Positions 31,166 to 43,605 of a stretch of DNA of 64,000 nt are shown piece by piece. The stretch is taken from assembly GCA_951406725.2 (NCBI GenBank), contig OX597835.1, positions 17,484,001 to 17,548,000 of the forward strand, in the 5' to 3' direction. Within the stretch, counting starts at the first letter, position 1. Every line of letters begins with the position of its first letter. The notes under the pieces were generated by a model. It had not been told where the DNA came from and searched no databases. It saw nothing but the letters and a program-made list of their open reading frames with translations. Origin of the DNA: Octopus vulgaris. Its lineage: Eukaryota. Both the position numbers and the translations under genes were made by a program.

Positions 31166-31323
31166 TAGATACGTAAAAGCATGTAAAAAGCATTTCAAGA
31201 GGAACAAGTTAGGGAATTAGTAAAAATCCTATAATAAGAGTATATTCTTACCAGAAAAGATGTTGACTACTGTGTGAGGGATGGTGGCGAAATAAGCGCT
31301 ACTAGGAGGTTGTACGACAAAAT

Positions 31324-31770
31324 ATGCTATCTAATAGGTCGCCACCAAACATCAGCTTGAGGGGTGAAGAACTTATCCAAAGTTCTGGACCGTATGAGCT
31401 CTTTGACCGCACTTTCAGCATCGGTTTGAGTTTTGAACGCCTTCTTTCGCAGGAAACCATCAAGGTACTTGAAAAAGTGGCAGTCGGTAGGAGAAGGTTG
31501 GGTGGGAAAGAAATTCGTACCCAAGTTTCCTCAACTTCTGGAGCCTCATTAGTGAAACGTGTGGTCGAACATTGTCATGAAACATGATCAATCCACTTCT
31601 GTTGACCAGGCGCAGGAGTGGCTGTGTGGTAAGTAGCTTGCTAACCAACCACATGGTTCCGGGTTCTGTCCCACTGCGTGGCATCTTGGGCAAGAGTCTT
31701 CTGCTATAGCCCCGGGCCGACCAATGCCACGTGAGTGGATTTGGAAGACGGAAACTGAAAGAAGCCTGTC

Positions 31771-31804
<34 letters not shown>

Positions 31805-32800
31805 TTGTGTGTCTGTGTTTGTACCCCTGCTGGTGTGTTTACGTCCCCGTCACTTAGCGGTTCAGCAAAGAATAAGTCCCGGGGTCGATTTGCTCGACTA
31901 AAGGTGGTGCTCCAGCATGGCTGCAGTCAAAATGACTGAAACAAGTAAAAGAGTAAAAGAATAAAAGAGTCTGGGGCAGAGAAGTAACAGCTTTTTGTTC
32001 CCTTTAGCAATTTCAAATCAATGTGTTTCTTCACGTAAAGGTTTTTTTTCCGGGTTTTAAGATGTTATAGTGGATGAGTCCACAGTACACTCACCATGAC
32101 CTTCTTTTTGAAGAGTTCGGATTTAGGGAAGGTTTTCAGTGCTTCATTTTGGTCCACCCACTGCGATAAACGTTTTTTTTTTTAATCGTTGTACAGAATC
32201 CACTTTTCATCGCAAGTTACAATATTGTCAACGAATGGACTGGTTCAGTTACAGAGAAGAAAAGACGAGCAAATTTCATATCTGCGCATTTTCTGATTTT
32301 CATTCAAATCGTGTGATACCCATTTGTCGAGCTTTTTTGATGTTCCGATTTCATGCAAATGGTTGTAGGCATTTTTCTGGCTAACTAGAAGTTATTTTGC
32401 CAGACATCGAGCGGTTTTAGATGGATCTTTCTCAGTGACGGTCCTTAATTGACCCTCATTGATGACAGATGGTTGTCCACTTCGCTCACAGTCTTCAAGG
32501 CTCGGATCGCCACTGTGAAATCGTTTAAACGATTTTCGAGTTGACCACTCACTGGTCACATCCTCACCATATGTTTCGTTGATATCGCAAGCAGTTTCAG
32601 CTGTTTCACGCCATTTTTTGAAGCTGAATAGCAAAATTGCTCGAATATCGTGTTTTTATAGTTCTGTTTAAGATAATTGTAACAATGGTGGAAAAATATC
32701 AATGTTAATTTATTGATGCATATGGTCAAGTCCATGTCTGCATTATCAGACAATTGTAAAAAATGCTTAAGAAAAATTCAAAACTCTGCGAAAATCCGGT
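31324..32800 (-). mobile_element. Decayed mariner transposase, interrupted by a SINE
   Basis: ORF fragments SPTDCHFFKYLDGFL, FHDNVRPH (DDD domain) and ETAETACDINETYGEDVTSEWSTRKSFKRFHSGDPSLEDCERSGQP (N-terminal HTH). Confidence 0.88.
31607..31970 (+). mobile_element. SINE family A inserted in the mariner
   Basis: GGCGCAGGAGTGGCTGTGTGGTAAG head through AAATGACTGAAACAAGTAAAAGAG tail. Confidence 0.92.
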
Positions 32801-34407
32801 ACAAATTCTTCATGGTTCAAAAGGGTTGCTTACTGTTTACTCAATCGGATATTTCATAGTGTGTATTACTATTGCTGTTATTCATTGCCTTCATGTTGAA
32901 GGTCTTATGAAGCGGCAAACTGGCAGAAGCGTTAAGATACCGGACAAAATGCTTATCAGCTTTTAATCCATCTATATTTTTAGTTCGAATTTCACCAAGA
33001 GCGTCCTTGTTATTCAACCCTTCGGGGTCGATAAATAACAGCTGAACATTATAGCGAAAATGATTATTATTTCCTACGTACATTTCACCTTTATGGCTGT
33101 TTGGAATATTGCATTGCATGTCCCAAGTGGAGCTGTATGCTTGTGATTAACCACAAAGTTTCATTTGAGAACACTTTATGGCATTATGTTTAAATATTAG
33201 ATATTTGATCGCAGAACATTGTACTAAATCATATTGTCTAGAGCTCCATAGTACAATATAAAGTAGCAAAATGTACCATAAGAAACTCTATATATACATC
33301 ACCTCGTCGCACTCAGTACCATACCACAATAGTAACACTCTCTCTACCATAGATGTCAACAGTGAATCTGCATCACATAATATCACACAACGCCGGAGCG
33401 TAATCCATCTTAGCATAATATATCACACGACACCACCCGCACCACTTCATTATCTACATTACGTTATAAGAGACGCCAATATTCCACTTCACCTTAACAT
33501 TCTGCGCTTTAACACTTCCCTCCGAAATACACACGTCTGCCGCGTTACACCTCTCGCTTTAACATAACGCATCCCTACACAATTCTACTTGTCGAATAGT
33601 GCGCAACATCACCGCTCAGCACCACTAATCTACTCAAGCATTACCTTGTTTCTGCACTATGTCACTATATCTCAATATCAGCACAATCCAACCCGCCAAA
33701 ACACCATACCCGACACCAATCCAGCTCTACGCCTCTAAAAATTTACATCACATTGCCGCTACATCACTTAAAGACTCCACCATAACACAACACAATCCAC
33801 CTCTTTGCCAACATATTCCTCAACCACTCCATATCTCATCCACGCCACCACTCCACGCTTCCCCATTAAACAATACTCCACCACTCGACTTCAACATCCC
33901 GTGCTGTAATTTGCAAAGCTACGACCCCCTACTGTGAAATGTTTTTTCTCTACAAAACCTGTTACAAAAGTACTTTTTGGTTGACTGGTTCGGCATTTCA
34001 AAATCAATGTCATATTATTGTGTGCGCGTCTCTTTCTCTCTCTCTCTTTCTCTCTCTTTAACTCTTTTTCTCTCTGACGCTCTCTCTCTCTCTGTCTCTC
34101 TCTTTAACTCTTTGTCTCTCTGACGCTCTCTCTCTCTCTCTAGCTCCAATTTTCTCTCGCTATATTTGTCCCTGAACATTACATCTCCTTAATGTCTGTC
34201 TCACTCTGGACACGCACACACACTCACACAAACATACACAGACACATGTCCACAAGTAAATATATACATATATGACTAAACAGACATATATATATATATA
34301 TATATACACACATACATACCTATATGTGTATATAAGTATGTGTTCATATACCTATATTTACACACACACACACACAAATATATATATGTGTGTATATATA
34401 TACGTAC

Positions 34408-34450
<43 letters not shown>

Positions 34451-35000
34451 TGTGTATATCTCTCCTTCTATATGCATACATACATAAATACATACATACA
34501 TAAATAAATACATAAATAAATATATACATACATACATACATACATACATACATACATACATACACACAAGCATATATATTTACATGCGGTCATATATCCA
34601 TCACCTTTATTTCGATGCAGTTTGATAAAAACAAAAATGATGAAAAAACATAATAGGTAAACTTCAAAACTACCTCATATCCAGCGTCTTTGTTGTCAAC
34701 CCATCACATCGACCACTTCAGAAAACGACGACAACAACAGCAACAACAACAACAGGAACAACAGCAAAAACAATGAGCAACAACAAACAATCTCAGCAAC
34801 AGCGACAATCGCTGGATTACAACAACGAGAGAATGATCGTAAAACTACCAAGGAAATAATATATATTAACCTAAAACGGAAAAAAAACAAAAAACAAAAT
34901 GGAAGTAGTGAATGAAACAAAACCGCCCACGAAAAACGAAGACATACAAAAGCAAGCAACAGTAATACGAGAAACCAGTCGATGAAAGTGAATAATAATG

Positions 35001-35063
<63 letters not shown>

Positions 35064-35079
35064 TACATGATAACACTAA

Positions 35080-35587
35080 CTGATTGGAAGTGTTATCATG
35101 TACATTGTTTTGTCTTGGTATAAAAGATGGGCTACAGCAAATATTCTGCTCAATACCACAGATTTGCTTGTCAGTTGTTTGACCTTAACCAGTTGAGCAT
35201 GTCCCTTAGTGGCTGACGATATGTGCATCTTTGATCACGAGGAGAAGTAGTGGGGGGAGCATCATAGCCATGTGTTGAGAGGGATTCTTTGGGGTTTTAA
35301 TAATTCACCTCTGGAAACATGGGTGTTTCGTTCAACATCCTTAAACAACCCTTATTCAGGGACCTTTCGAGTGGGATGGGATACTCGACCTGAAGAAAAT
35401 TCTAACTGGACCCCACCTGCAAGGTCATGTGCTGTTTATCTTGTTATGAGATCACCATGTCGCGCACATATGGTTGTGATGCATGTGCCTGGTGTACCCT
35501 TATCAGACAGGTAGTCATGATGGGTGTACTGGGCTTCGTATATTTTACCCCAGTGTCACTTTGATGGCATGCACTGTTCTTTCACTC
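35080..35587 (+). mobile_element. About 500-bp non-coding interspersed repeat between (TAA)n tracts
   Basis: A reverse-orientation copy lies at 42010-42455. Flanked by (TAA)n at 34990-35062 and 35588-35635. Probably a non-LTR 3' UTR or a non-autonomous element (inference). Confidence 0.8.
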
Positions 35588-35635
<48 letters not shown>

Positions 35636-35636
<1 letters not shown>

Positions 35637-35983
35637 GTCTCTAAAAGAAATGGAGAAACTTTCAAAATACAATGACCTGGAAATAGGGATAACCAGAATG
35701 TGGAATCTAAAAGCAGAAACAATTCCTATCATAGTAGGTGCATTAGGCATGATAAAAAAATATTCAGACAAATACATAACAAAAACACCAGGACTTACAA
35801 ACACATAAAACATACAGAAAATTGCACTACTAGGCAGTGCACACATCCTACGCAGAACACTTTCCATACAATAACCATCAGAGCATCACAACAAATCACA
35901 GCACATACCTAAGGCACACAGAGCTGCGCTCGGTAGTGAAGTGAAAGCAAGCTATAAAAATAAAACTACTGAATAATAATAAT
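35636..35983 (+). mobile_element. 3' fragment of an R4/Dong-type (RLE) LINE with TAA tail
   Basis: Reads KEMEKLSKYNDLEIGITRMWNLKAETIPIIVGALGMIKK...*NIQKIALLGSAHILRRTLSIQ*, the C-terminal part of the restriction-like endonuclease, then a 3' UTR and (TAA)n. Confidence 0.82.
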
Positions 35984-35994
35984 ATATAAACTTA

Positions 35995-36212
35995 GATAAA
36001 CTTTGATATGTTTCGACCAAAGATTGGCCCAGGCCATGTCTAACTTAATAGCACCACCTGATATGATTATCTAAATCCTGTTTAAGTCAGGTTTGTTTGT
36101 GGTCCATTCCAGTAGTGAGTTTTTGTTGGGTGAATTGTAACCAATTATGGGTGGCTTATCTGGTATTCCTTGAAGGAAACTATCCAGACTCCGTTTAAAG
36201 TTGGTGGGATCC
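35995..36212 (-). mobile_element. CR1/L2-like LINE 3' end
   Basis: DPTNFKRSLDSFLQGIPDKPPIIGYNSPNKNSLLEW resembles the FK..LD..L...PD.P...NSL C-terminus of these ORF2 proteins. Confidence 0.7.
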
Positions 36213-36273
<61 letters not shown>

Positions 36274-36304
36274 CTGCTAACATAGATAGGTTTCGCCTAT
36301 ATAT

Positions 36305-36475
36305 ATATACTTTATTTAAAGCCGCAGAGAAATTCTACATAACCTGTTACTCTGAGTTTCACGTTGCCGTTCATCGGACAGTATTTGCTAGCAAAAATTT
36401 TTCTACTTCTTTAAATAAAGCATATTACTCTACCACTGGTATTTGAGTACTCTTTTTTCCACCTTGTTTCACATT

Positions 36476-36483
<8 letters not shown>
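36305..36483 (-). mobile_element. Penelope-like relic carrying a hammerhead, in (TA)n
   Basis: Same family as 17040-17245. The Penelope assignment is inferred from the minimal hammerhead and the inverted-repeat architecture. Confidence 0.7.
36344..36381 (-). ncRNA. Minimal type I hammerhead ribozyme motif (U4C core variant)
   Basis: Minus strand reads CUGU CCGAUGA ACG-GCAA-CGU GAA ACUC-A-GAGU A/ACAG: stem I CUGU:ACAG, stem II with a GNRA loop, palindromic stem III, GUA triplet. Predicted cut between 36348 and 36347. Confidence 0.75.
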
Positions 36484-36548
<65 letters not shown>

Positions 36549-36669
36549 GTGTGTGTGTGTGTGTGTGTGTGTAGGTATGTATATTTATTTGTAGGTATGT
36601 ATGTGGCTTCGTGTGTATGTATGTATATATCTATGTCTGTGTTCATGTGTACGTATGGAGGTATGTATG

Positions 36670-36972
36670 TCCTTATTCAGTTTTATTTCAAGATTTCCTG
36701 CCTGTAGAGAAAGAGCCGGTTTCTAACCTAGATCCAAGGCTCCTTCATTGGAATTTCAACATCAACAACAGGGTATTTTTGTATGTATACATGCAAATTT
36801 GTATATTTCATTTCGTTGCATATCTATAGACTCTCATATATCTAAATGATAAACTTCAGGAAAGTTTTACAGATTTTTACGGTTCCAGCGATGGATTGGA
36901 TCTCTAGTCTTCGAATCACCCTTTTTCTGTCTGGTTTTGAAAAACCTAAAAATCTCGAGATTGGCATTAACA
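36670..36972 (-). mobile_element. 3' end of a second RLE-type LINE in (CATA)n
   Basis: KRVIRRLEIQSIAGTVKICKTFLKF C-terminus followed by the 3' UTR shared with 16795-16895. Flanked by TATG repeats on both sides. Confidence 0.62.
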
Positions 36973-37215
36973 ATGTATGTATGTATGTATGCATGTATGT
37001 ATGTATGTATGCTTGTGTACGTATGCATGCATGCATGTATGCGTGTGTATGTATGCATGCATATATGTATGTGTGTATGTATGTATGTATGTATGTATGT
37101 ATGTATGTATGTATGTATGTATGTATGCGTGTATTTATGTATTTTTATATCTACGTTGAGATAAACATTATCAAGGAGAGGATTTAATATTCGGGGAAAA
37201 ATATAGCGAGATCAG

Positions 37216-37530
37216 TTTTGGATATTGTTAGTCTTGCTAGAAATAGCAAGTATATCGTGCCTTGCGGTCTTTCTAAAACGAATGTGGCATTGGATATTGT
37301 AGTACATTGCTAAAAATTCTTCTTTGGATTTATATAAAAATGGGATGGCGTTTTTTTTTTTTAATCTCTTAAACCTTTTTCGTTCTACGGTCATAACGGG
37401 ACTATGTATTACCTACAGCTAAATAACAACAACAACAACAGCTTCGATGACGCTGACAATTAAATGGAGAAAAAGCAATAAGAACGTTAAGAACATTCAC
37501 AAACAGAAAACTGCATTAATTCTTAATAGA
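37216..37530 (+). repeat. About 315-bp local direct duplication, copy 1
   Basis: Nearly identical to 38733-39045. Confidence 0.92.
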
Positions 37531-37855
37531 AATATTGAAATGAAATTAAGACAAGGTAATGGGTTTGGCAGAGATTATGGGTAAGAGAAGATGCAAAGGA
37601 AGGAGGTCACGCTCGCTTGCACCCGCTGTACAGAGACTTTGTGCTTCGTGGCTAAGTGAAAATATAGGAAAGCGCTATTTAATTTATACAATATGTAGTT
37701 GTTTAGCACTAGAGTAGGCCTAATTATAGTGACCTATGATCACAGCTGTAGTAGTGGTATAAATATATTTCCGTTCTTCTGTTTATTATGGAATATTATC
37801 CAAAATAACTTGTGACATATTGGACAATGTCACCGTTAATATTACAAGGAGGGGA

Positions 37856-38430
37856 GGCGGTGAGCTGGCAGAAACGTTAGCACGCCGGGCGAAATGCTTA
37901 GCAGTGTTTCGTCTGCCGTTACGTTCTGAGTTCAAATTCCGCCGAGGTCGACTTTGCCTTTCATACTTTCCGGGTCGATTAAATAAGTACCACTTACGCA
38001 CTGGGGACGATGTAATCGACTTAATCCGTGAGTCTGTCCTCGTTTGTCCTCTCTACTTGTCGGTAGTAAAGAAATAGGTATTTCGTCTGTCGCTACGTTC
38101 TGAGATCAAATTCCGCCGAGGTCGACTTTGCCTTTCATACTTTCGGGGTCGACTAAATATGTACGAGTTACGCACTGGGGTCGATCTATTCAACTTAATC
38201 TGTTTGTCTGTCCATGTTTGTCCTCTCTGTGTTTAGCCTCTTGTGGGTAGTAAAGAAATAGGTGTTTCGTCTGTCGCTACGTTCTGAGTTCAAATTACGC
38301 CGAGGTCGCCTCTGCCTTTCATTTTTTCGTGGTCGTTAAATGAAGTACCAGTTGCGTACTGGAGTCGATCTAATCGACAGGACCCTTCCCCAAAATTTAG
38401 GACCTTGTGCCTAGAATAGAAAAGAATATT
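37856..38430 (+). mobile_element. SINE family B head-to-tail trimer
   Basis: One head GGCGGTGAGCTGGCAGAAACGTTAGC, then three bodies joined at AAAGAAATA|GGTRTTTCGTCTG. Confidence 0.9.
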
Positions 38431-38732
38431 ACAGCATCCGAGGAAGGGAGTGAGCTAGCAGTATCGTTACTAATATCCGTTTCTCTGTAGAAATGTGATA
38501 ACGTAAAAATGGGAAAATGTTAAGGAAATATAATTAATGAATGCTATGTGAAAATTAGATTAAGTTGTGTAGTTACATTTGCAAAACATGAACACAACAA
38601 GCCTAAATAAGGCGAAAATGCGAAAGAGTTGATGAATGTTAAATGATTCACAGTACAAAGAGCCGGTCTCTAACCTAGATCCAAGGCTCCTCCATTGGAA
38701 TTTCAATATCAACAGCAGGCTATTTTTGCTAT

Positions 38733-39045
38733 TTTTGGATATTGTTAGTCTTGCTAGAAATAGCAAGTATATCGTGCCTTGCGGTCTTTCTAAAATGAAT
38801 GTGGCATAGGATATGAAACATTGCTAAAAATTCTTTGGATTTATATAAAAATGGGATGGCGTTTTTTTTTTAATCTCTTAAACCTTTTTCGTTCTACGGT
38901 CATAACGGGACCATGTATTACCTACAGCTAAATAACAACAACAACAACAACAGCAACTTCGATGACGCTGACAATTAAATGGAGAAAAAGCAATAAGAAC
39001 GTTAAGACCACTCACAAACAGAAAACTGCATTAATTCTTAATAGA
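38733..39045 (+). repeat. About 315-bp local direct duplication, copy 2
   Basis: Nearly identical to 37216-37530. Confidence 0.92.
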
Positions 39046-39479
39046 TGCAGATGGACACGTGAAGCAACCTCTTTAACACAGAGATCGACAGACACCTGAA
39101 GTTATACAATTTGAACTCAAAACGTGAAGCACTTTTAAAGAGTTTTACAATTATTTTGTCTTACGTGTATGTACATCAGAATGTGAGAGTATTAAAAGAA
39201 AGAAAAAAACAGAGCATAAACACAAGAACATGTCAAATAACCTCATTTAATCGTTGTCATTTGTAACTGACGATGTTGTGTAACATTTTATAGAGAAAAA
39301 ACGAAAACGTGATAAAAAAAAATATTCGTACAAACCTGACTATGTTATGTAATCCGTTTTAATCAATCGTACATTTAACGCTGTGTGATTTATGTGCAGA
39401 AACGTGAGTGTATGAAAAAATATAAGAGTAGAGTAAACTGGTTAAATAATCTTTTATTCAGTTTTACAGTATTTTCTTT

Positions 39480-40214
<735 letters not shown>

Positions 40215-40319
40215 ATATTATTAATAATATTAAAGGGTAATCAAAAATATTAGAAATGTCCATTACCAGTGGCCTAGCGTGTAAAAATTTAGTCACTAGA
40301 CGATATATTATTCATATAA

Positions 40320-40532
40320 ATACAGTGTACATTTAAACATATAAGAGGCATCCATCATAGGACACCTTGCACGCTAGAGAGAACAGTTAAACTCCAAACT
40401 ACTATTAGGAATAAATTTTCTAAGGGAATGAAAAATAAAAACCCTAATAGTGGTTTGGAATTTAACTGTTCTCTCTAGCGTGTAAGGAGTCCTATGATGG
40501 ATGCCTCTTATGTATTTAAATGTATACTGTAT
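40320..40532. repeat. 90-bp-arm inverted repeat with a 33-nt spacer, in (TA)n
   Basis: 40320-40409 versus the reverse complement of 40443-40532, about 7 differences by eye. Confidence 0.9.
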
Positions 40533-40616
40533 ACATATATTTATATATATATTAAAGGGTAAAACCGCCTAAAGTAACCGTATTAAATCAGTAGGATATT
40601 GAAAGGGACAGCGATG

Positions 40617-40669
<53 letters not shown>

Positions 40670-41109
40670 GTGAAACTGTAAACAGAAATAATAACGTCAC
40701 TGTATCTCATTGATTGAAACGGTTTTATGTTCTATATAAAGCATAGAATCGAAAACTCAAAACGTAAAAATAGCAAAAATATTAAATAAACTTATTGAAT
40801 CTGTGCACACATCAAGTAGCTGCGTGCTACAGTTTTGTATGTAGACAAGATAAACTGAACACGTTAAATAGGCGTGAAAACGTGAAAACATTAAATAAAC
40901 TGTAGAATCCGTGTCATGTTTAAACAGAAAATTTACGTAGTTTTCTACAGAGAGATGTCAGAAGCATATAGCTTTGAAGTAACGCTGCCTTTCTTACTAT
41001 TAAGTCTCCCGTCAACCTTATGAATAGATTTATGTAAGCGAATATTTCTAGCATTGTATGTATATAAACCTAAATTATTCCATATGTAATATTCTCGTTA
41101 CGCTGGTAG

Positions 41110-41820
41110 CTGGCAATCCGTCGGTTACGAAGACGAGGGTTCCAGTTCAACTGATCAGCGAAACAGCCTGCTCGTTAAATTAACGTGCTAGTGACTGACC
41201 TCTCTACAGACAAGGTTGGCTCTTTTGAATTAAAGGTACTACTTATTTTCGTAAGGCGGCCAGCTGGCAGAAAACTTAAGCACGCCGGGCGAAATGCTTA
41301 GCGGTATTTCGTCTGACGCTACGTGCTGATTTCAAATTCCGCAGAGGTCGACTTTGCCTTTCGTTCTATCGGGGTCGATTAAATAAGTACCAGTTACGCA
41401 CTGGGGTCGATATAATCGACTTAATCCGTTTGTCTGTCCTTGTTTGTCCTCTCTGTGTTTAGCCTCTTGTGGGTAATAAAGAAATAGGTATTTCGTCTGA
41501 CGCTACGTTCTGAATTCAAATTCCGCCGAGGCCGATTTGCCTTTCATCCTTTCGGGGTCGATAAATTAAGTACCAGTTACGCACTGGGGTCGATATAATC
41601 GACTTAATCCGTTTGTCTGTCCTTGTTTGTCCTCTTTGTGTTTAGCCCCTTGTGGGTAGTAAAGAAAATAAGGTACTACTTATTTTCGCCAAATCAGTAG
41701 CCTGGAGCAACGTGAAATATATTTTCTTCCTCAAGGACAGAACCTGCCGCCAGTATTCGAACTCACACCCTTAAGATCGTGAGTCGAATACACAAGCCAC
41801 TAAGCTAAGCACCTTTACCA
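41110..41820 (-). mobile_element. SINE family C (host of a nested dimer), 12-bp TSD
   Basis: TTACGCTGGTAG at 41098-41109 and 41821-41832; family C tail and tRNA head on the minus strand. Confidence 0.85.
41254..41669 (+). mobile_element. SINE family B dimer, 19-bp TSD
   Basis: AAGGTACTACTTATTTTCG at 41233-41251 and 41670-41688. Confidence 0.92.
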
Positions 41821-42009
41821 TTACGCTGGTAGAATGTAGTAGCAGTAATCGCCGTAGTTGTTTATTCCCCAGGCAAGTTCATTCACCTCAGACTAAGCGA
41901 TTTCGAACCGTCTTCATCCAGCTTTTACAGAAATATCTAAGAACAAACGAGCAAATATGTCCACCTGTTTTTCTGTTGTAAGCTATGATTTGAGAGAGAT
42001 TAGGTTCGA

Positions 42010-42455
42010 TGTCATCAAATGGCACTGGGGTACAAATATACGAAGCCTAATATACCCATCATGACTACCCGTCTGGTAAGCGTACACCAGGCAAATACTT
42101 CACAACCATATGTGCGCAATATGGTGATCTCATATCAAGATAAATAGCGTATGACCTTGCAGGTGGGATCCAGTTAGAATTTTTCCTCAGGTCTAATAGC
42201 CGATCCTATTTAAAAGATCCCTGAATAAAGATTAAGGATGTTCAACGAAGCACCAATGTTTCCTCAGAAGAATTATTAAAACCCCTAAAAAATTCCTCTC
42301 GACACATGGCTATGATGCTCCCCCACTACTTCTGCTGGTGATGCGAGATGCACATATCGTCAGCCACTAAGGGACATGCTCAAATGGTTACGATCAAACA
42401 ACTGACTTGCAAATGTATGGTACTAAGCAGAATATTTGCTGTAGCCCATCTTATA
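42010..42455 (-). mobile_element. Second copy of the about 500-bp (TAA)n-associated repeat
   Basis: Reverse complement of 35120-35570; abuts (TTA)n at 42460-42526. Confidence 0.82.
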
Positions 42456-42476
42456 TACCAATTATTATTATTATTA

Positions 42477-42526
<50 letters not shown>

Positions 42527-42528
<2 letters not shown>

Positions 42529-43035
42529 CTCAACAGATTAGATTGCTGGAAAAGAAATGAACCCTCATATTGGGTTACATCAAGTAACCTTAGATGCCAT
42601 TAACCCTCCTAAGTATCCTCGCTGTCCCTGATAACGACGTTTTCTGCAGCTGTACTAAACTGGGTTTTATGCCTGTCTACTCTATCCATCTGTTCAGATC
42701 TTTAGGGATAGTTTCCAATGCACCTATAACTACTGGGATATATTTTACCCGCATTTCCATAGTCTCTGCAATTCAATGGCTAGGTCCAGGAACTTTGTTA
42801 TTTTTTCTGTACCTCTTCATATTGATGTTCTTTCATCATTTGGGACTGTAAAATCAATTCTCTGGCACTTTCTATTCTCTTTATCCACGACTATCAAATT
42901 ATGCCTCCTAGCTTCTATTATTCTGTCAGTCTGAATATTAAAGTCGCTTCCAGTACTTTCCTAGGCTCATGTTCGTACAATTTATCAGCGTGTTCAAATC
43001 CTAGCTTTCTATATAGCTCCCAGTGGATTGCACCC
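42527..43035 (-). mobile_element. 3' fragment of an R4/Dong-type (RLE) LINE
   Basis: Minus strand reads approximately IHWELYRKLGFEHADKLYEHEP...LIVVDKENRKCQRIDFTVPND...PVVIGALETIPKDLNRWIE...QLQKTSLSGTARILRRV, with stops; TAA tail follows. Confidence 0.82.
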
Positions 43036-43043
43036 CTCGATTG

Positions 43044-43074
<31 letters not shown>

Positions 43075-43260
43075 TTCTTCTTCTCGTTCTCCTCCTCCTT
43101 CTTCTTCTTCTTCTTCTTTTTCTTCTTCTTCTCCCCTCTTCCTCCTTCTCCTTCATCATCATCATCTTCTTGTTATTACTATGATTATCATTATTTTAAT
43201 TATTGTAGGTGTTGTTTGCTCGTGTTGTATGTGCAATAGTGGAAGTAGTAACGGTAATGT

Positions 43261-43299
<39 letters not shown>

Positions 43300-43574
43300 C
43301 AATTATCGTTGTCGTTGTTGTTGTTGTTGTAGACCGTGTTTGTTCAATATTTCAGCCTTAACTAAAACCTTCTCAGATCTGTCGTGATAGCAACAGCTAT
43401 TTAATTAAAATTAAATACATTTTATCTGCTGTAAAAATAAATGGCAGAGGTAAAAGTGGGAAGGAAAGAGGTGGGCGGGAGGAGAGGGAAAAAAAAAAAA
43501 AGCGAGAGAGAGAGAGATGGAGGGAGGGAGGGAAGGAGGGCAATTGAGTTAGAACGGGAGAAAGGAGAGAAGTG

Positions 43575-43605
<31 letters not shown>

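Noticed and set aside
34650-34690. let-7-like TGAGGTAGT on the minus strand
   Set aside because: Only the first 9 nt match let-7 and no pre-miRNA-length hairpin forms. At most it is a chance seed site.
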